DNA from: Sphagnum compactum
Taxonomy: Eukaryota
Direction of reading: 5' to 3'
NCBI GenBank assembly: GCA_965153455.1
Contig: OZ234493.1
Coordinates: forward strand, 33,098,213-33,162,212
DNA: 64,000 nt
Within the stretch, counting starts at the first letter, position 1. Every line of letters begins with the position of its first letter. The translations under genes and the position numbers were made by a program. Under the pieces are notes generated by a model that searched no databases, was not told the origin of the DNA, and saw only the letters and a list, made by a program, of their open reading frames with translations. Below are positions 37,255 through 52,300 of the stretch, in pieces.

Positions 37255-37612
37255 GGCATGGAAAGGTGTCTTTTCAAATGTACATCTTTTTAAAGTTTTT
37301 TTTTCCGATGCCATATTCACCAAAAAAATAATTCAATGTCTTTTCCACCAATTTGCATCTCATTTCTTTTCAATTGAATTCGAATTCAATTTAATTGAAC
37401 TTTAATCCAGTTGTTGAATTGAATTTAGTTTAATTGGATTCAATTCAATTAAATATATGTATCCAATCAATAAAATTTGAGTTCAATTCAAGTTACATGC
37501 AATATCATTCAATATTTTCATTCAAATGGAACTTAATTTTCACAAAATCAACTCATTTTCTTCATCAATTGATCATCACTAGTAATGCACAACAACACAA
37601 AGTGCAAGTAAT
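37255..37612 (+). repeat. Dispersed repeat (homolog of 20630-20890; 3' end resembles the 21047/44843 family)
   Basis: Shared sequence blocks with 20630-20890. Ends ttgatcatcactagtaatgcacaacaac, similar to ttgatcatcaatagtagtgcgcaacaac near 21355. Confidence 0.65.
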
Positions 37613-40406
37613 TGGTTTTGACCTTTTAATTATGCATGTGGTATAATCTTGTTTACAAGTGTGAATTACAACAACCTTTGAGTGATGTGAAATTGGGTTT
37701 GAAGTTTGGATAAATCTTGGGAAATTCTCAGTTTTTGGACTTGGAACAGGTAGAATAAGGTATATGCATACTTATGATTAACGAATTTCAAAAATCAAAT
37801 AACTAGTTTTCACCTTTAACAATAATTCTTGAAATAAAACCCATTTTAACCTTTAACTTGCATTCAAAACAATCAAATAATTGGGTCAAAGACTACACTA
37901 AACTAAATTATTAGATTTATGTGAGTAATTTCATAAGAACCATCAATTTATTAAGAAAATCAAAAACAAAAAATTGAAAGTTCTTTTGATTCTAAAAATA
38001 TTGATGGTAGGAATGAAAGATATTGAAATTGTGAGAATTTTGAAAAAAATTAAAACTAAAAATTCTTAACAAAATCAACATGTTTTCTCTTGCATAATAT
38101 GTTTAAATTTAAAAACGAATCTAACATTCAAAGGTTGATGTGAATCATTATAGTAAATACTACTCATTTGGATTCATAAGAACTAAACATGGTGAACAAG
38201 TCCATTGAAGGTGGTGATGAACAAACATTTAATTCAATGAAACATTGTTTGGGGACTTTAACAATTATTTTGGGTGACAAAAAAAAGGATCTTGATGAAT
38301 AAAGAAATAATATATCCTTCAGTCGTCCTCCTAAATCAATTTTTTTTTTACCACAATTGTGTTGTTGTTGTATTACATAGTCAATTATCATTATGTGAAG
38401 TAGGTTTGAACACCATATTGACTAATCATTTTCAAACGTACTTTTAATTTACTTTTATGATACCAAAGTTATTCAAATTTTGCACGTAAACTACCATAAA
38501 TTAAATGCAATGACATGTTTTTTCATATTTCTATTTACATATATTTTGAATCTACTTTGTTGTGTTTATATTAAAATTTTGTTTCATTTTAAAACTAGAT
38601 TTGGGTGAATTACTTTTTTGTTTACTTTAACTTGCCAACACCCTGCAATTCGTTTCACAACCTTAATGAAAAAGTGCAAATGCAAAAGAAATGGTGTAAC
38701 AAGTGTATGACCACTTTGTGCATTATTCAAGCACATCCAGTTCTTAGCATCATCTAGAATTTGAGTTCCAATCCATGACTTTGCTCATGAACCCATTTCA
38801 GACATTGGTTGTGTCTTTTGAAGTCAAGCCAATGGGCTTGTAACATTGTTTAAATCATTCATAAAGTTGTGAACATGAGGTGGATGGAATACCTATTGGC
38901 CTGTTTTCCATGAATTTTAAAATCAAATCATACATGTTCTTGTTGAAAAACTAGGGTCAATGCAACCCAACCTTATCTTGTAGATTCATTAACCAATCAT
39001 TTTCATTTTGCCTAGTTCCAAAGATGTAATTGAATATTTTTTGAACTTCCCAAAATTTGTTCCCCATTTATTATTGCATGTAAGCCCATTTTTCAAATGT
39101 TGAAAAAAACATGCAATCACAATAGAAACATAAGGGTCCAACCATGCTATAAAAAACCACACATGCCCCCTTAGACCACTACTTTGTTTGAAGAATATTT
39201 TTAAAATATTTGAATACATCTTTCAAAAAAACATTAATTTAAAAAAAAATTATTGATATTATTATGTTAAGGTGTATATTTTTAAAAATCTCAAAATATG
39301 TCATAAAAAATATTTTCAAATTGTGCTTTTAGTGTCAAAATTATTTTTAAATTGCTTTTAGGCAACTTTTAAGCGAATGGTTACATATGTTTTAAATCCT
39401 TATACGTATTTTTCCCTCATTAGCTTGATTCCAAATTTTTATGATATGTACATAATGTATTCACAATAAAATTTTATTTATAAATTTTTTTATTTAATTA
39501 ATTTTTATTATTATTATTAATCCAAAGTTGAGAAAACTTTTAAATGGTTATGACTACTAATGGTACATGTTTGTATGACTACACCCATAAATATGAAAGA
39601 CCCAACATTGGTTACACTTATTGTGGTTTTAATTAATGTGAATGCACCTTGTCGAGTGTAACAATGTGTTCCTTTGTCTTGGCCTTGATGAAAACCATAA
39701 TTTCATTGTGCTTTTAAATGAATTGAGCCATGATTTTTTTTAAATGCAATTCAACACATGTTCATCTAAACTTTTATTGACAATTTTTTTCTTCCTTTTT
39801 TTGTGTTTTAATTCATCAATGTTCATCAATACATTTATATGCAAACTCATATTAACAATTGGATATGGTTTGATTTGTACTTGAAAATTCCAACCAAAAT
39901 TTAAAACTTGTGTAATTGATTCAAGAATAGATTGTAACAAGATGCTTACTTATTTCAAGATATTTCGTACAATCATCAGCTTCCAAATTTGTTCCATCTT
40001 CTATAAAATAAATAAAATTTTCATGCTATAGATTACAAATGCATAAAGACTTGACCTTGCATAATAAAAAATGCATATGCATAATGTTTTACATTTATAA
40101 AGATGAATAATGGGGGGAGTTGAAGAGACCTTAAATAAGGTACGTAGCATCAACTTATTGAGCCACTTGAAACCCTATGTAATATCAATTTTTTAGTTCT
40201 ATCTGTTCAATTTTATAAAATTTTGTTGTTATCAAATGTTCACCTTAACTTTAAACTAGCATTGGTCAACAACTAGATCTTTTGCCTCATTTTTTGTATA
40301 TTAATTATGTTTTTAATACATGAATAGTCTCTTTGCCACCTCATTCTCAACACTTATTTGTTTGCAACCTTTAACTCCAAATATGATGGGTACTTAAATG
40401 GAGTAA

Positions 40407-40614
40407 TGGTACATTCACACTTGATGTTAAAATGATGTTAATTGAAAATCTAGGTGGCATCCTAGGTAGCAACCAATGTTAAATGGGCAATAGCTTAATG
40501 TTAAGTGAATATAGTTTAACATAAAATTTTCACAATAAGTAAAAGTCTTAAATGACTAGTATGGTGTTAAAGAACTCAACACTAGAGTCCCTAACACCAA
40601 GTGTGAATGCACCT
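40407..40614. mobile_element. Tourist-like (PIF/Harbinger) MITE, 208 bp
   Basis: TIRs ggtacattcacacttgatgtta / taacaccaagtgtgaatgcacc (20 of 22 match), flanked on both sides by TAA (40404-40406 and 40615-40617). Confidence 0.85.
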
Positions 40615-40816
40615 TAAATACGGTAATCATCACATTTGAGAAAGTAACATGAACATCATCAAAAAAGAAAGAGAAAAATCAAATGCTAGAAAGAAAAAGA
40701 GGCCAAATGATTGTAAAAAAGTAGCCCAATTTCAAAAAATAGGATAAAAAATTTGATCACATAAGATCAAGGAAACAAAAGAAAGGATTGATGATGAGTA
40801 AAAAAAATGAACAATC

Positions 40817-41460
40817 ACTAAAAGAAACTTATCATTTTGTAACTGTCGTATGCAACTAATTTTCAGTTACATGCGATGCATGCAACTACTAGACCCCATA
40901 GTTGCATAAAACAAGTTGTCCATGACTAGCAGTTGCATACGACAGTATGTATATGGATAATATATATGGTATGAATTTATATTTTACACATTTACATTAT
41001 TCTACAAGGGTTGCCCATGGTGACACGTGTTCATTTGTGAAGCTCAATTATATGGTGACATGTGGCATTTAAACAATATTTCAATATTCATCATTATTAA
41101 TAAATCAATAATATCTTGGCCATCCAATAAAATGTGAATTTGATTTTGACATTTGTCCATTTGTGAAAGCCAATTATGTGGTGACACGTGGCAATAAAAA
41201 ACCCATTGATTAATTTTTTAGTTAATTAAATAAGTAAATCATAGATAGGTAGGTTGGGAGGTAGGTGGTAGGTAGGTAGGGAGCCTTTAGGGTTGAGCCT
41301 TTTTCATTAGCCCATCCCAAATAGCATTTGGTACTTGGTTTGTGAACAAGCCAAATGCACTTGCTTATATAGAGTGCACATTTGGAATCCATGGCGAAAA
41401 ATATGAAATAAAAAATTCAGTTGCAAATGCAACCAATGTAGTTGCAATTGTATGCAAGTA
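40817..41460 (+). mobile_element. CACTA-like element 5' terminus
   Basis: Starts CACTAAAAGAAA and is followed by repeated tgcaacta/agttgca subterminal motifs. Homologous to 11150-11943. The right boundary is not defined; it continues into extremely AT-rich low-complexity DNA. Confidence 0.6.
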
Positions 41461-44400
41461 ACCATATTAACCTAGTTTACCTACTAGTTAAATTACTTAT
41501 ATTACAAGTATTAAAACTTAATAGGTAATAATAATAATAATACAATGATAATATTATGACTTGGTTAATATATATTAATTTTAATATTTATAATTATAAG
41601 AAAATTTTAATAATTATGATTATTTATAATATTAATGATAAATAATATAATATTATTATTACTTAATTTAAATTAATAGATAAATTAGGTTAGTAATTAA
41701 CCTAGGTTAAAGTACTTATAGGCAAATTAATGTAGCCTATTAGCCATATATATTACCATAATTAATACTATTGTTTAAATTAAAATTATAATTATTGAAA
41801 AATTTATTATTAACAACCAAGGACGATAATAATTATCATAGTAAAAATAAATATTCAATAATAATAATAATAATAATAATAATATTTCAAAAAATAATAA
41901 GATAATAATTATATAATAATCAATATTAAAAATTAATTATACTATTTATAACCAATTAATAACACTATAATATTATTACATAACCTAGGTTTAAAAATTT
42001 GTAAGTTAGTATGTGTAATTAACTTACTAGAAATAAGTATATTATCATAATTAATAACAATATAATAATATTAAAATACTAATTATTGAAGAACCAAAAT
42101 GATAGTATTATTTATAATACTATTATAATTAAATACTGATTAATAATAGTCGTGTCATTAGTAAATAATAATATTATTAATTATAAGTATAATTATAATA
42201 TTTTTTAATCATTATATGTGATTAACTATAATGATTAAAAATATAATAACCTTTTTTGGGCTAAACTAATTTTGATTCAATTAACCACATGGTTAAATTA
42301 ACTTTGACTAAATAATTTTGGCTAAATTAACCATGACTAAACTAATTATAAGGCTAAATTAATGATGGATAAATTAATTATTTTTTAAATTAATAAATTA
42401 AATAAAAAATGGTAAATCAATTTTGGATCAACTAACCATGGTTGAATTAACTACAAGGTTAAATTTACTAATTAATTTAGCCATGTTTAATTTAATCATT
42501 TTAGTTTAACCATTATTAGTTTAATTTAGCCTCCTAATTAATTTCATTTTAAAGTTAGTTTAACCAACGATATTTTAACCAATGTTGTTTTAGCCAAAAT
42601 TAGTTTATTGATGATTAGTTTAATCAAAGTTAATTTAACCAAAATTAATTTATCCATGGTTAGTTTAACCTCATAGTTATTTTAGCCAAAATTAATTTAT
42701 CCATGATTAGTTTAGCCAAAATTAGTTTAATCATGGCTGGTTTAACTTTGATTAATGTGAGTCTAGCCTAAATTTAACCAATGTTTTGACTTGGATAACA
42801 TTAGTTAACATGAGTTTAGTTTTAGTATTGAAGTTATAAGACTACTATATATAGCGTAAGTAAAAATATTTAATATGTTAACGTAAGTATGTATTAACTT
42901 AAGTCATGATTTTTATGACACATGTCCATTTTGTCCACTACTAGTGTTGGAGTTTCATGACCCTTGGGTGCATCATTGCATGTCGAGTTTTCCCATTGGT
43001 TGCTTGAAATTTCTATTCCTAAAACTATATTTTTCATCAATTTTGGCATGTGCTCATACCATACCAAGGGTTGGTTTTCCACATTGAAAAAACGAATAAT
43101 AATTATTTTCCAAAAAATGAAGTCATATTTTTAATTTTTGAAATTATATAATTTTCCATCATCTACTATAATATTGTGATATGAATAGTGAAATTATTTA
43201 GAGTGTAACCTACGATAATTATGATGATTTTCAACATGTCAATTTCATATTTTCACAAAATTTCATTTCACTATTTTGAAAATTATATAATGATGAAACT
43301 AACCTTAGGGTAAGGTAATACCTCATCCTAAGACATGTTTACACTGAAAGAAAGGTTTTATTAGTGATTTTTTTTGTGACTTGATTATTTCCCCCAATTT
43401 GTATTACCACAATGAAAATTAACTATTTATTGGATTTTTTAATCATTTTCATAAACATATTTAATTTTAGATAAACTGTGAGATTTAAATGCAAACCAAC
43501 AACCAAACAACACTTAATAGATGTGATGGGAAAATGGTTCAATTTATTTGTAAATCAAAACCATTATCAAATAATGAACTCATATAAGTGTGTTGAAATT
43601 TTTTTTAATTCAATATATGTTTGCAAAGCTTGTCCCATTTATTTATTGTTTATTTTTTAAAAAATATGTTATTTTAAATATTAAGTCTTTGTCCCCATTT
43701 TCCTAATGAAAACTTTTGCTATCTCTCATTTAATTATAAAGGATTATCGATGGAGAAACATGGTTTTTATTGAATTTCTTGTTCTTGTCTATATTGGTTT
43801 TTAACATAGAATTCAAATATGATAAAAATTTCTTGGGTGGTTTTTATATACATATACATTTACCCATGCACACTAATGTATGAAAACATATATACATACA
43901 TATATAGACACATCCATGCACACAAACATATATATTTTTATAGACACGTTTTAAATACATTTACAAAATATCATCTATAAGTAGGGCATGCGTGTTTGTG
44001 ATGCCTTGTTTTTTTTCCAAAGAACTATATATTTGAAGGAAAATATATAAATCTTTTGAAATCTTCTAGGTTTTTCATATGGAATTTTCAAAATAAAATA
44101 TTTATTCAACACTAAAATGTCAAACTTGGCCCCCATGGCACAATAGGCAATGTTTTGTTTGGTAAGGGGACAATTTTTTTGTACTTTTTTTCAATCATGA
44201 AATGGGAAATTTTGGGAATTCAATTAATTTTGTTATTTTGTGGGGGGGGGGGGGGGGGGGATCACCAAAAAAATTTACATCAAAAAATTGAAAAATAAAA
44301 ACCTTGAATATGTGTAGTATAAAAAAAAAATGTTCTTTTTATGTAGTACTTACGTGATAGAAGATTGATGTGAAACAAATTTTTGAATGGCGAAAAAAAA

Positions 44401-44842
44401 TAAAGCAAATTCAAACACACCCAAACCCAACAAAAATTAGTTGTGTTTGCCCTCATTTATGTTTGGTAAAACCTAAAATCATACATGCATGTCTATTATT
44501 TTAGGGCAATAATAAATTTTGTATAACATAAAAGGCAACAACAATACAAACAAAATAATCAATTAAAAATTAATTTCATTACGATTTTTGTTATTAAATC
44601 TTCATCAAAATCCTTATTGAAGTTTTAAAATAACTTCAAATTAATTAAAAACATTTATGGTTCAAAAAAATTATTTATTTAACAATCGACATGTTTCATT
44701 TTAATCAAATTTTGCATAATTTTTCAAATCAACTTTTAAAGTCTCATTTTAATAAAAATTTAAAGGAATTGAAGCTAATTATTTGTATGTTTATCAAAAA
44801 AAATTCATTTAAAAAAATTAGTCATATGATTGTTTTTCACTG

Positions 44843-45218
44843 GACCATTCCAAAGACAATTTCAAAAATAACTATCTCATTTTCAAACTTAACTATTTCA
44901 AATTTTCTTCAATAACTACTTCCTTCTCCTAAGAATTGTCTTAATAACTATTTCTCACCTTTCTTAATAAATACCTTCATTTTATAACTATCTCCCTTTT
45001 TTCCCCTATTCACTAGCAACATAAATATTTTAAAAACAAATTAACATTTATCTTTTCATGTGCATGAAATGTACATTAATGTAAATGAAATTTGACATTT
45101 ACATAAATAATGATGAAATATTGAAAACCATATGAAGACATAAGAAAATAATAATAATAAATAAATAATAGTTGATCATCAATCACTAGCAATGCTAAGC
45201 AATGCAGAGCTCAAATGA
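44843..45218 (+). repeat. Dispersed repeat, homolog of 21047-21400
   Basis: Collinear similarity over ~350 bp with 21047-21400. Confidence 0.8.
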
Positions 45219-46239
45219 TATAAAGGTATGATTAAATCAGTTACCCAACATTCATATTTTGGAGAAGAAACTCGACAAGTAGATGGGTAGACTTCAAAAC
45301 AACCCATCAATTGGATGGGTAGACTTCAAAACAACCCATCCATTGGATGGGTGCCACCCAAAATCTACACATGCATGTCCAATAGCTTGGGGCAATAAAA
45401 AAAAAAGGGGAAAAAGAAAAGAAAAAAAGTAAAATGCTCATAACTTAGTCATAGATATAGAGGAGAAAAGGAATGGGGAAAAAGTTAAAGAACAAAGGGA
45501 AAGAAGGAAAGGGGGCACACACAAGAGAAGAGAAGAGAAGAGAAGAGAAGGGAAGAGAAAGAAGAGGAGAGAGACAAAAGAGAGACTAGAGAGAAGAAAG
45601 AGATTGAGGTTTTTTGGGTTTGGGGGAAGAGAAGAAAGCAGACAATGGGGTTTTTGTGATTGTTGTTGCAACAACAAAATCTGGAGCTCTTTTCCTTCAC
45701 TCATGGAAGCCACACTTGTGTTGTTGTTGTTGTAATAGTAATATCATTTTTTCTTTTCCTGTTCTGGCAGCAAAGCTCACACTTTTGCAAGATCACACTT
45801 TGGCAAGCTTTGGGTTTTTCTTGTTTGCAGATCTAGCCACCAGATCTAGCCACTGGCACACTGAGTAGATCAGGAAGCTTTTTTGGTAAGTAGACTTGAG
45901 GTAGCAATAAAGGGGGGGGGGGAGGGATCCATCCAAGTTTTCATCTTTTGTGGGAATCCTCTTAAGAAGAAGAAGTAGAAGAAGGAGACAACAACTAAAG
46001 GTTTTGGTGTTTTAGAAAAGGAGAGAAATTTTTGGAGTTTTGAAGCTCATTTGAAGAGCTCCCCTAAGAAGAGCAAAGATTTTTTGCTTGTGTTTTGTTT
46101 TTTGATGAAGGGTAGGAGTTAGGGAGGTAGTAGTGGTGCTGGTTGTGGTTGTGGTTGTGGTCCATGGTAGTAGTGACAAGAGGCTTGGTAGCTTGAGCAA
46201 CTTGGAGAGTTGCTGCATTGGTTGGGGGGGGAGTAGGAG

Positions 46240-48948
46240 ATGGCACCCTCTATTATTGGGAAGGCGGATCGGAACCCAACAAGCAAAGCAGACAGGAAAG
46301 CAGCTCTGGATGTTGGAGCATGGCTTTTCAATGTCACTACCTCTGTGGGGATCATCATGGTTAACAAGCAGCTGATGGCGGTCTATGGCTTCAGCTTTGG
46401 TATGTATCCCTCCTCCTCTTCCTCCTCCTCTCCTTTCTCCTTCTCCTACTCTTCTCCCCTGGTTGTTCACATCAACCCTAGCTTCACAACAAACCTTGGT
46501 GTTCCACATTTTCTCTGAAAATCCAAGCTTCAATCTTACATCCTGATCTCAAGATTCTTGTCACAACTTGAGGAAGACACAGTTGCAACATTGTAGTTTT
46601 GTTTTCTCTGTCACCCTCTGTCTCTATCTCTCTGTGACTGTCTGTCTCTGTCTCTGTCTCCGTCTCTCTTGGGTAGAACTCACTGTGGCATGGTGTCCTT
46701 CTTTGTGTTGTTTTATCTTCAAATGGTTGTTCTTGTGAAGAGATTTCTCTGTGATTTCATGGATAAAATGTTTGTTGATCCTGTTCCATCGTGAATATGT
46801 CACAAAGACAAAAGAGCCCGTAGCAATTTTCAATGGAGAAAAAAATTTCCAATTGATGTGGGGTGTGTATATATAATGAGGGTTTGTAATGGATTGCAGC
46901 CACGACATTGACGGGCCTGCATTTTTCAATGACAACACTCATGACACTCGTGCTGCGGTGTATGGGCTACATTCAGCCCTCACATCTGCCGGTCATTGAC
47001 CTTATTAAGTTTGCCCTATGTGCAAATTTCTCCATTGTTGGCATGAATGTCAGCCTGATGTGGAATTCTGTTGGCTTCTATCAGGTAATAACTTCCCCCA
47101 TTTGAATCTTACTTGGACCTGTGTTCACCAGTTTTTAGGGTTTTGTATGCTTAAGTGAATCCTGCACGTGCATTGTGCCAATACCTCAGAAGAATGGTCA
47201 GATGCAAAACACAACAAAATCACATGTTTTTCTTAAACCTAAACTTTCATTCTTTAATTCTTTAGTACCAAGACCCATGGCCAGCATTTCTTTCACATCC
47301 TGGCAACAAAAGAATAGACAGTGTGATTCATACAAAGGATTTTTTTTTTTTAAAAACGGCCCAAAGTCACCAGATTTGAAGGAATTGTTTTTTTGGCTAT
47401 CGCCAGATTTAGGCAAAAGGTGCCTGCATGTTGCCAAAATGTAGCAGGATTCCTAACTTTTTCTGCTTTCCTCTCTGACCTGTAGCCAAATTTGGCGAAG
47501 TCTTCTTGTGGATGATTGCCAGACCATCTACCTCACAAAACTGTCAAAAAAAAAGACCCTGCCCATGGAATGTATTAAATAATTATTTAATTAATGAATT
47601 ATTGTTGTCCCAAATGTCGTGATATGTTGTGCATTGGGATTGATCTGAAACTATTTTTCGTTAAATTGAGTTTGTGTTGGAATTGGTGCAGATTGCAAAG
47701 CTGAGCATGATACCTGTGTCTTGCTTGTTTGAGGTGGTGTTTGATAAAATCGGGTACTCAAGAGACACAAAGCTGAGTATCATGGTGGTACTGGCGGGTG
47801 TTGCAATCTGCACTGTTAGTGATGTGAGTGTAAACACAAAGGGCTTCATTGCAGCAGTTGTAGCTGTCTGGAGTACTGCGATGCAGCAATATGTATGGGG
47901 ACTTAACCCTACTGATCACATCTGCATAACGTACTTGCATGAAACAGTACAGAGTCTTCTTCATATTGGACCGACTGTTGGATATTATCACTTTGCTCTT
48001 TTCTTTCTCATGGTTTTCATGATTACTTAACGAACTTGGTCGCCTGACAAGAGTTTTGGGGTGGGTGGAATGTGGGTGTAGTATGTTCACAATCTACAAA
48101 AGAAGTACTCTTTGAGCTCATTCGACCTTCTTGGGCACACTGCTCCTGTACAAGCTGCATCACTCATTGTGCTTGGGCCTTTGATTGACTATTGGTTGTC
48201 GGGTCTGAGAGTCGACCTTTTCGACTATAGCCTTCCTTCAGTAGTAAGCTGCTGTCATCTCTTCAGCCACTTGAGTATACTCCTATTGTCTTATGCTATG
48301 CGATTGATGCTTTTCTTCCCAGGGTTCATCACTTCTAGATTGCTTAGAAATGATGGTCAAGTCTGTAGTGGTTTTGCTCGTGGCTTGAGGTAGTGTGCAA
48401 TGTCTATTGAATTCCATATTAGATATGATTCTTGGTTATGAAAATAGTACTTTGCTGAAGCTAGAGTTTGTTGTACGCTGGCACAGTATCTGTCCTTGAG
48501 GAAAAGACAGTTGTTTGGTAGAGCTCAAAGCTGTAGGGCTGGTGGTATGTATGTAAGGGATGGATTGAACTTCTGTTGCTAACTGAGTGGAGCTTGTGTC
48601 ATTGTCTGTGGCCAAAATGTGCAGTTCTTCATTGTTTTGTCCTGCATAATTGCAGTGGGTACAAACTTGAGCCAGTTCATTTGTATCGGGCGATTCAGTG
48701 CTGTCTCATTCCAGGTGCTCGGGCACATGAAGACAGTACTGGTGCTCATTATGGGTTTCTTCCTATTCGGCAAACAGGGACTGAACATCCAGGTTGTTCT
48801 TGGAATGCTTTTGGCGATTTGTGGCATGATTTGGTATGGAAATGCATCATCAAAGCCTGGTGGCAAAGAAAAACATGCCTATTCTCTTGTTAGTGACCGG
48901 GTTTCCAAGGCTGGAGCTGCTGACGAAGAACTTGGTATAAAAAGCTGA
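46240..48948 (+). CDS. URGT: UDP-rhamnose/UDP-galactose transporter (nucleotide-sugar transporter, TPT family), 5 coding exons, 343 aa
   Basis: Exons 46240-46399, 46900-47084, 47692-47892, 48082-48243, 48625-48948 (1032 nt). Protein: [26 protein letters not shown]...ATTLTGLHF...[25 protein letters not shown]...[10 protein letters not shown]...[24 protein letters not shown]...[12 protein letters not shown]. Confidence 0.95.
47282..47561 (+). mobile_element. hAT-type MITE (280 bp) in URGT intron 2
   Basis: Flanked by 8-bp direct repeats CCCATGGC (47274-47281) and CCCATGGA (47562-47569). Termini CAG...CTG. The body is homologous to 9520-9745. Confidence 0.75.
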
Positions 48949-49385
48949 GCAACACAAACCCTGTGAACCTCAAGCCACCGGGTGACACCAGGTGACACTT
49001 TCAAGATGTGTTCATCATGGTAGCCTAGTATCTAACAAAGCCCGTATGTGGCTTTTATTCTTTTAGCTCAAGGATGGCCCAGTCAGTCTGTCAGTCTCTC
49101 ATCTGGAGGGAGGAAAGGCTACCCATCTCTTTAAAGAGCTACTTAGAAGTTGTAAACAATTTGTTATTGAAGTTTCTCTCATTCTCAGCACAGTGCTTTG
49201 CAGCTGCAAAAGTTTTGTCATAGTTTTTTGTCCATCCTACTACTACAATTTCTGTGGCTCCTTGCACTCCATTTTTTTTTTTAAATTTAATTTTTAAGTT
49301 TTAATTAATTAATTAATTTATTTATTTATTTTAGCCCCATTTCCCATTCTGAGAACTGCCCCAGTTTTCAGAATTTAAAAAAAAA

Positions 49386-52300
49386 AATTGTTAGGCGGTT
49401 TTCAGGGTTGGTGGGTCTCACAGAAATTTCAAACTGCTGGTTTTCAAGGGTGGTTCTCACAACTCAGTTCTCATAAATCAAGGTTTTTTGCTTTTTATAT
49501 ATTTTTTTAAACTTTTTTTGGGGTTTATTTTGTGTTTCTTTTATTATAATCATAATAAATGATGAACTATGTAAATTAGAAAATAATTTGTTTTAATATT
49601 AAGAGTTCATATCTACAATTTTCTTCCTTTCAAACTCCCCTTCAAATTTCTCCAACTCCTCTATAATTTCATCCTTCTCTATGAACTCCACCAAGGTTAT
49701 GGCATATTATGTCCTATCTTAGGATTGTTGGGTCAATTTTGATTAGTAAAAATTTATTTATTTAAACTTTTAGATTGTAATCGACATTTCCTAAAGCTTG
49801 TCAAAATTTCAGCAAGAGAAAAAATGCATTTGCTTCAATTTGGGAATCTTCAATTCTTAAGATTTGTTTTGCAAGAAAGTCATCTACATGGAATCTAAAC
49901 TCAAGTTTTTCCCACCATTGGAGAGGGTTTTTTATATCTTTCACATCCACATGAAACCTTATGAAATCCAACAACTCTCTTGTTACATTTTCATTTGTAG
50001 TTTCAATGTTGTTGCTGGTCATCTAAAAAATATCTAGTCCACAATCCTTATCAACATCCTAATCTACAAAACTAGAAGCAACATTTCCAACAACACGTAA
50101 ATGATTGTATGACTTGACCAACATAGGATACAATGCTTTCCTATCATGTTGCTACACAATAGACATTCCTTGCTTTTTACCAACGTATGAAGAAATAAGA
50201 TGAAAACTCTTGAACCTAAGGCCTAAATCAAAGCTAGCATGTTATGTAATTTCTTCTTTTCATGTCCTCAAGAATGAAAGGAAAGAATCTAAAACCCAAA
50301 CACTTTTTATTTATGTTAGAGGCAAGAATTGCTAACTCTAAGAGAGTCCAACGTTATCATCCATGAAGGACTCAAAAGAAGGTTTCAAATGCATCCATTT
50401 GTGGCTTTAAAACTCATGGTGATGGCATAATTCGAGGCATTTGATAATAACTAATGTCTAGCAAATTAGTTCAAAACATAAGCGAAACAACAGGGCTCAA
50501 ACAATCAACTATTGTTTAACAAATGAACCATGTAATAGGAGGAACATGACTAGACATTAGAACATTAAATAATCAGCAAAAATTCTAGAAATATTAATTA
50601 CTCAAAAATACAAAGTAATCAACATAAAAAAATGAATAAAGAGACATTTGCCTTGTCTTAACATGTGTATTCAATTTCTTTGGTTGAATTCTAAACTCAA
50701 TACAAGCTTCCATCCATTCTTGTCTTCCTTTTCTAGATTTCTTTGGTCACATTATACACTTACAGATATCAAACTACAAAGATTTCATTGAGACAAACTT
50801 AAAATTTTTGCATACCCTCTCTTCAGCAATAGCATACTAATAGGTTTTGGAAAATGCATGACCAAAACAAATGCCATTCAAATTCTTTTCCAACCCCAAA
50901 ACCTCACAATTAACAACAGATTTGAAAGTTGTGGTCATAAAGTTTAAGTTTGCCCCTTCATCTTTTACATAAACAATGATCTTTTTGCTTAATCCATAAG
51001 AATCCAAAAGCTCTCTCAAATTTTTAGCTAAGACTTGACCTATAGTTTCTATTGCTTCAAAGAAACCAATTGTCACCTTCTTGGGTTGCTAATTTTTATC
51101 CAAAAAGTTAATGACCAAGGCAAAAATGTCATAAGCACCTTTTGACATCCACAAATCAAAACTTACAATAAATGACATACATCAAGAAAGTTCTAGTAAA
51201 ACATAAACATTTTTTATTTTCTAAACCAAGTCTAGCAAAATGTCCTATGAAAATTTTTTGTTGGAAGGAAAGACAATGGGAGGATTCAATTGCAAAGCAA
51301 ATTGCTTCAACCACGAACTTTCCAAAAAGTGTATAGGCAAATGACTCTTAACAATCAACAAGTCTAGATCTTTAAGAAATTGTTTCTATTGCACTTCATC
51401 CTTCTTGTAAAGAAGTTTTGCATAGAAGAATTCATAAATCTTAGATGAAGATACATTTTGCTTCTTCTTAATGGTTGTCTTTCAAGTTGAGTTCTCACTT
51501 AAGTATTCACTTCCTCATCAAGTTTTTTTGTAAGTAGATCGTGTTTTACATCCATATGTTTTTAAAAGTTGATATCCCATTAGTCTTATAATATGAAATT
51601 AGTCCCTTCCCTAGTTTTATTCTTGGATTATATAGCACAGGTTTTTTGTGACACAAATGACATCTCATGACTTGGGGAATTCTACCATCAATTGGTTAAT
51701 TATCATTCACCACATGGAAATCCCAACAAATGGCATTTCTTCCTTTAGGCTTTTAGAACAATCTTTGAGCATGCAATTTTTGTAAGTTTAAAATGAATAT
51801 TTCATCATTACTTTCAAAAGCCTTACTTGCTTCAATTTCCAAGATCAAATTGTCAATTGAAGTTTTTGTTATAGGTATATCATCCATCATTTTTTCATTT
51901 TGAAAAGGTCCAATCTCAATTTCCTTTCTAGTATTCTCATTTGCACTTGATTGTTCCATTAGAAATAATGTCAAAAATAACAACAAGCAATGCAATTTTC
52001 AACTCCCAACAACCATAATCTAAAAAAGTACAAGTTATTTCCTTCAAATCAAAAGGTTTTTGTAACCTTTTTAGATATGTGTTTTATTTGCAAATTATAA
52101 AATTAATGAGCAAAAGGGTAGAGGTAAAGAGAAAAGTCAAGGGTCAAGGGCAGAGAACATTTACAAAGATAACAATAATTCACTTTTAGGCCTAATGCAA
52201 AGAATCAAAACTAAATGGAAACTATGATTGCCCCCTCAAACAAACACCAATCTCCTTCCAACAATCAAGACTAACATGTAAATAAAATAACTGATATGTT

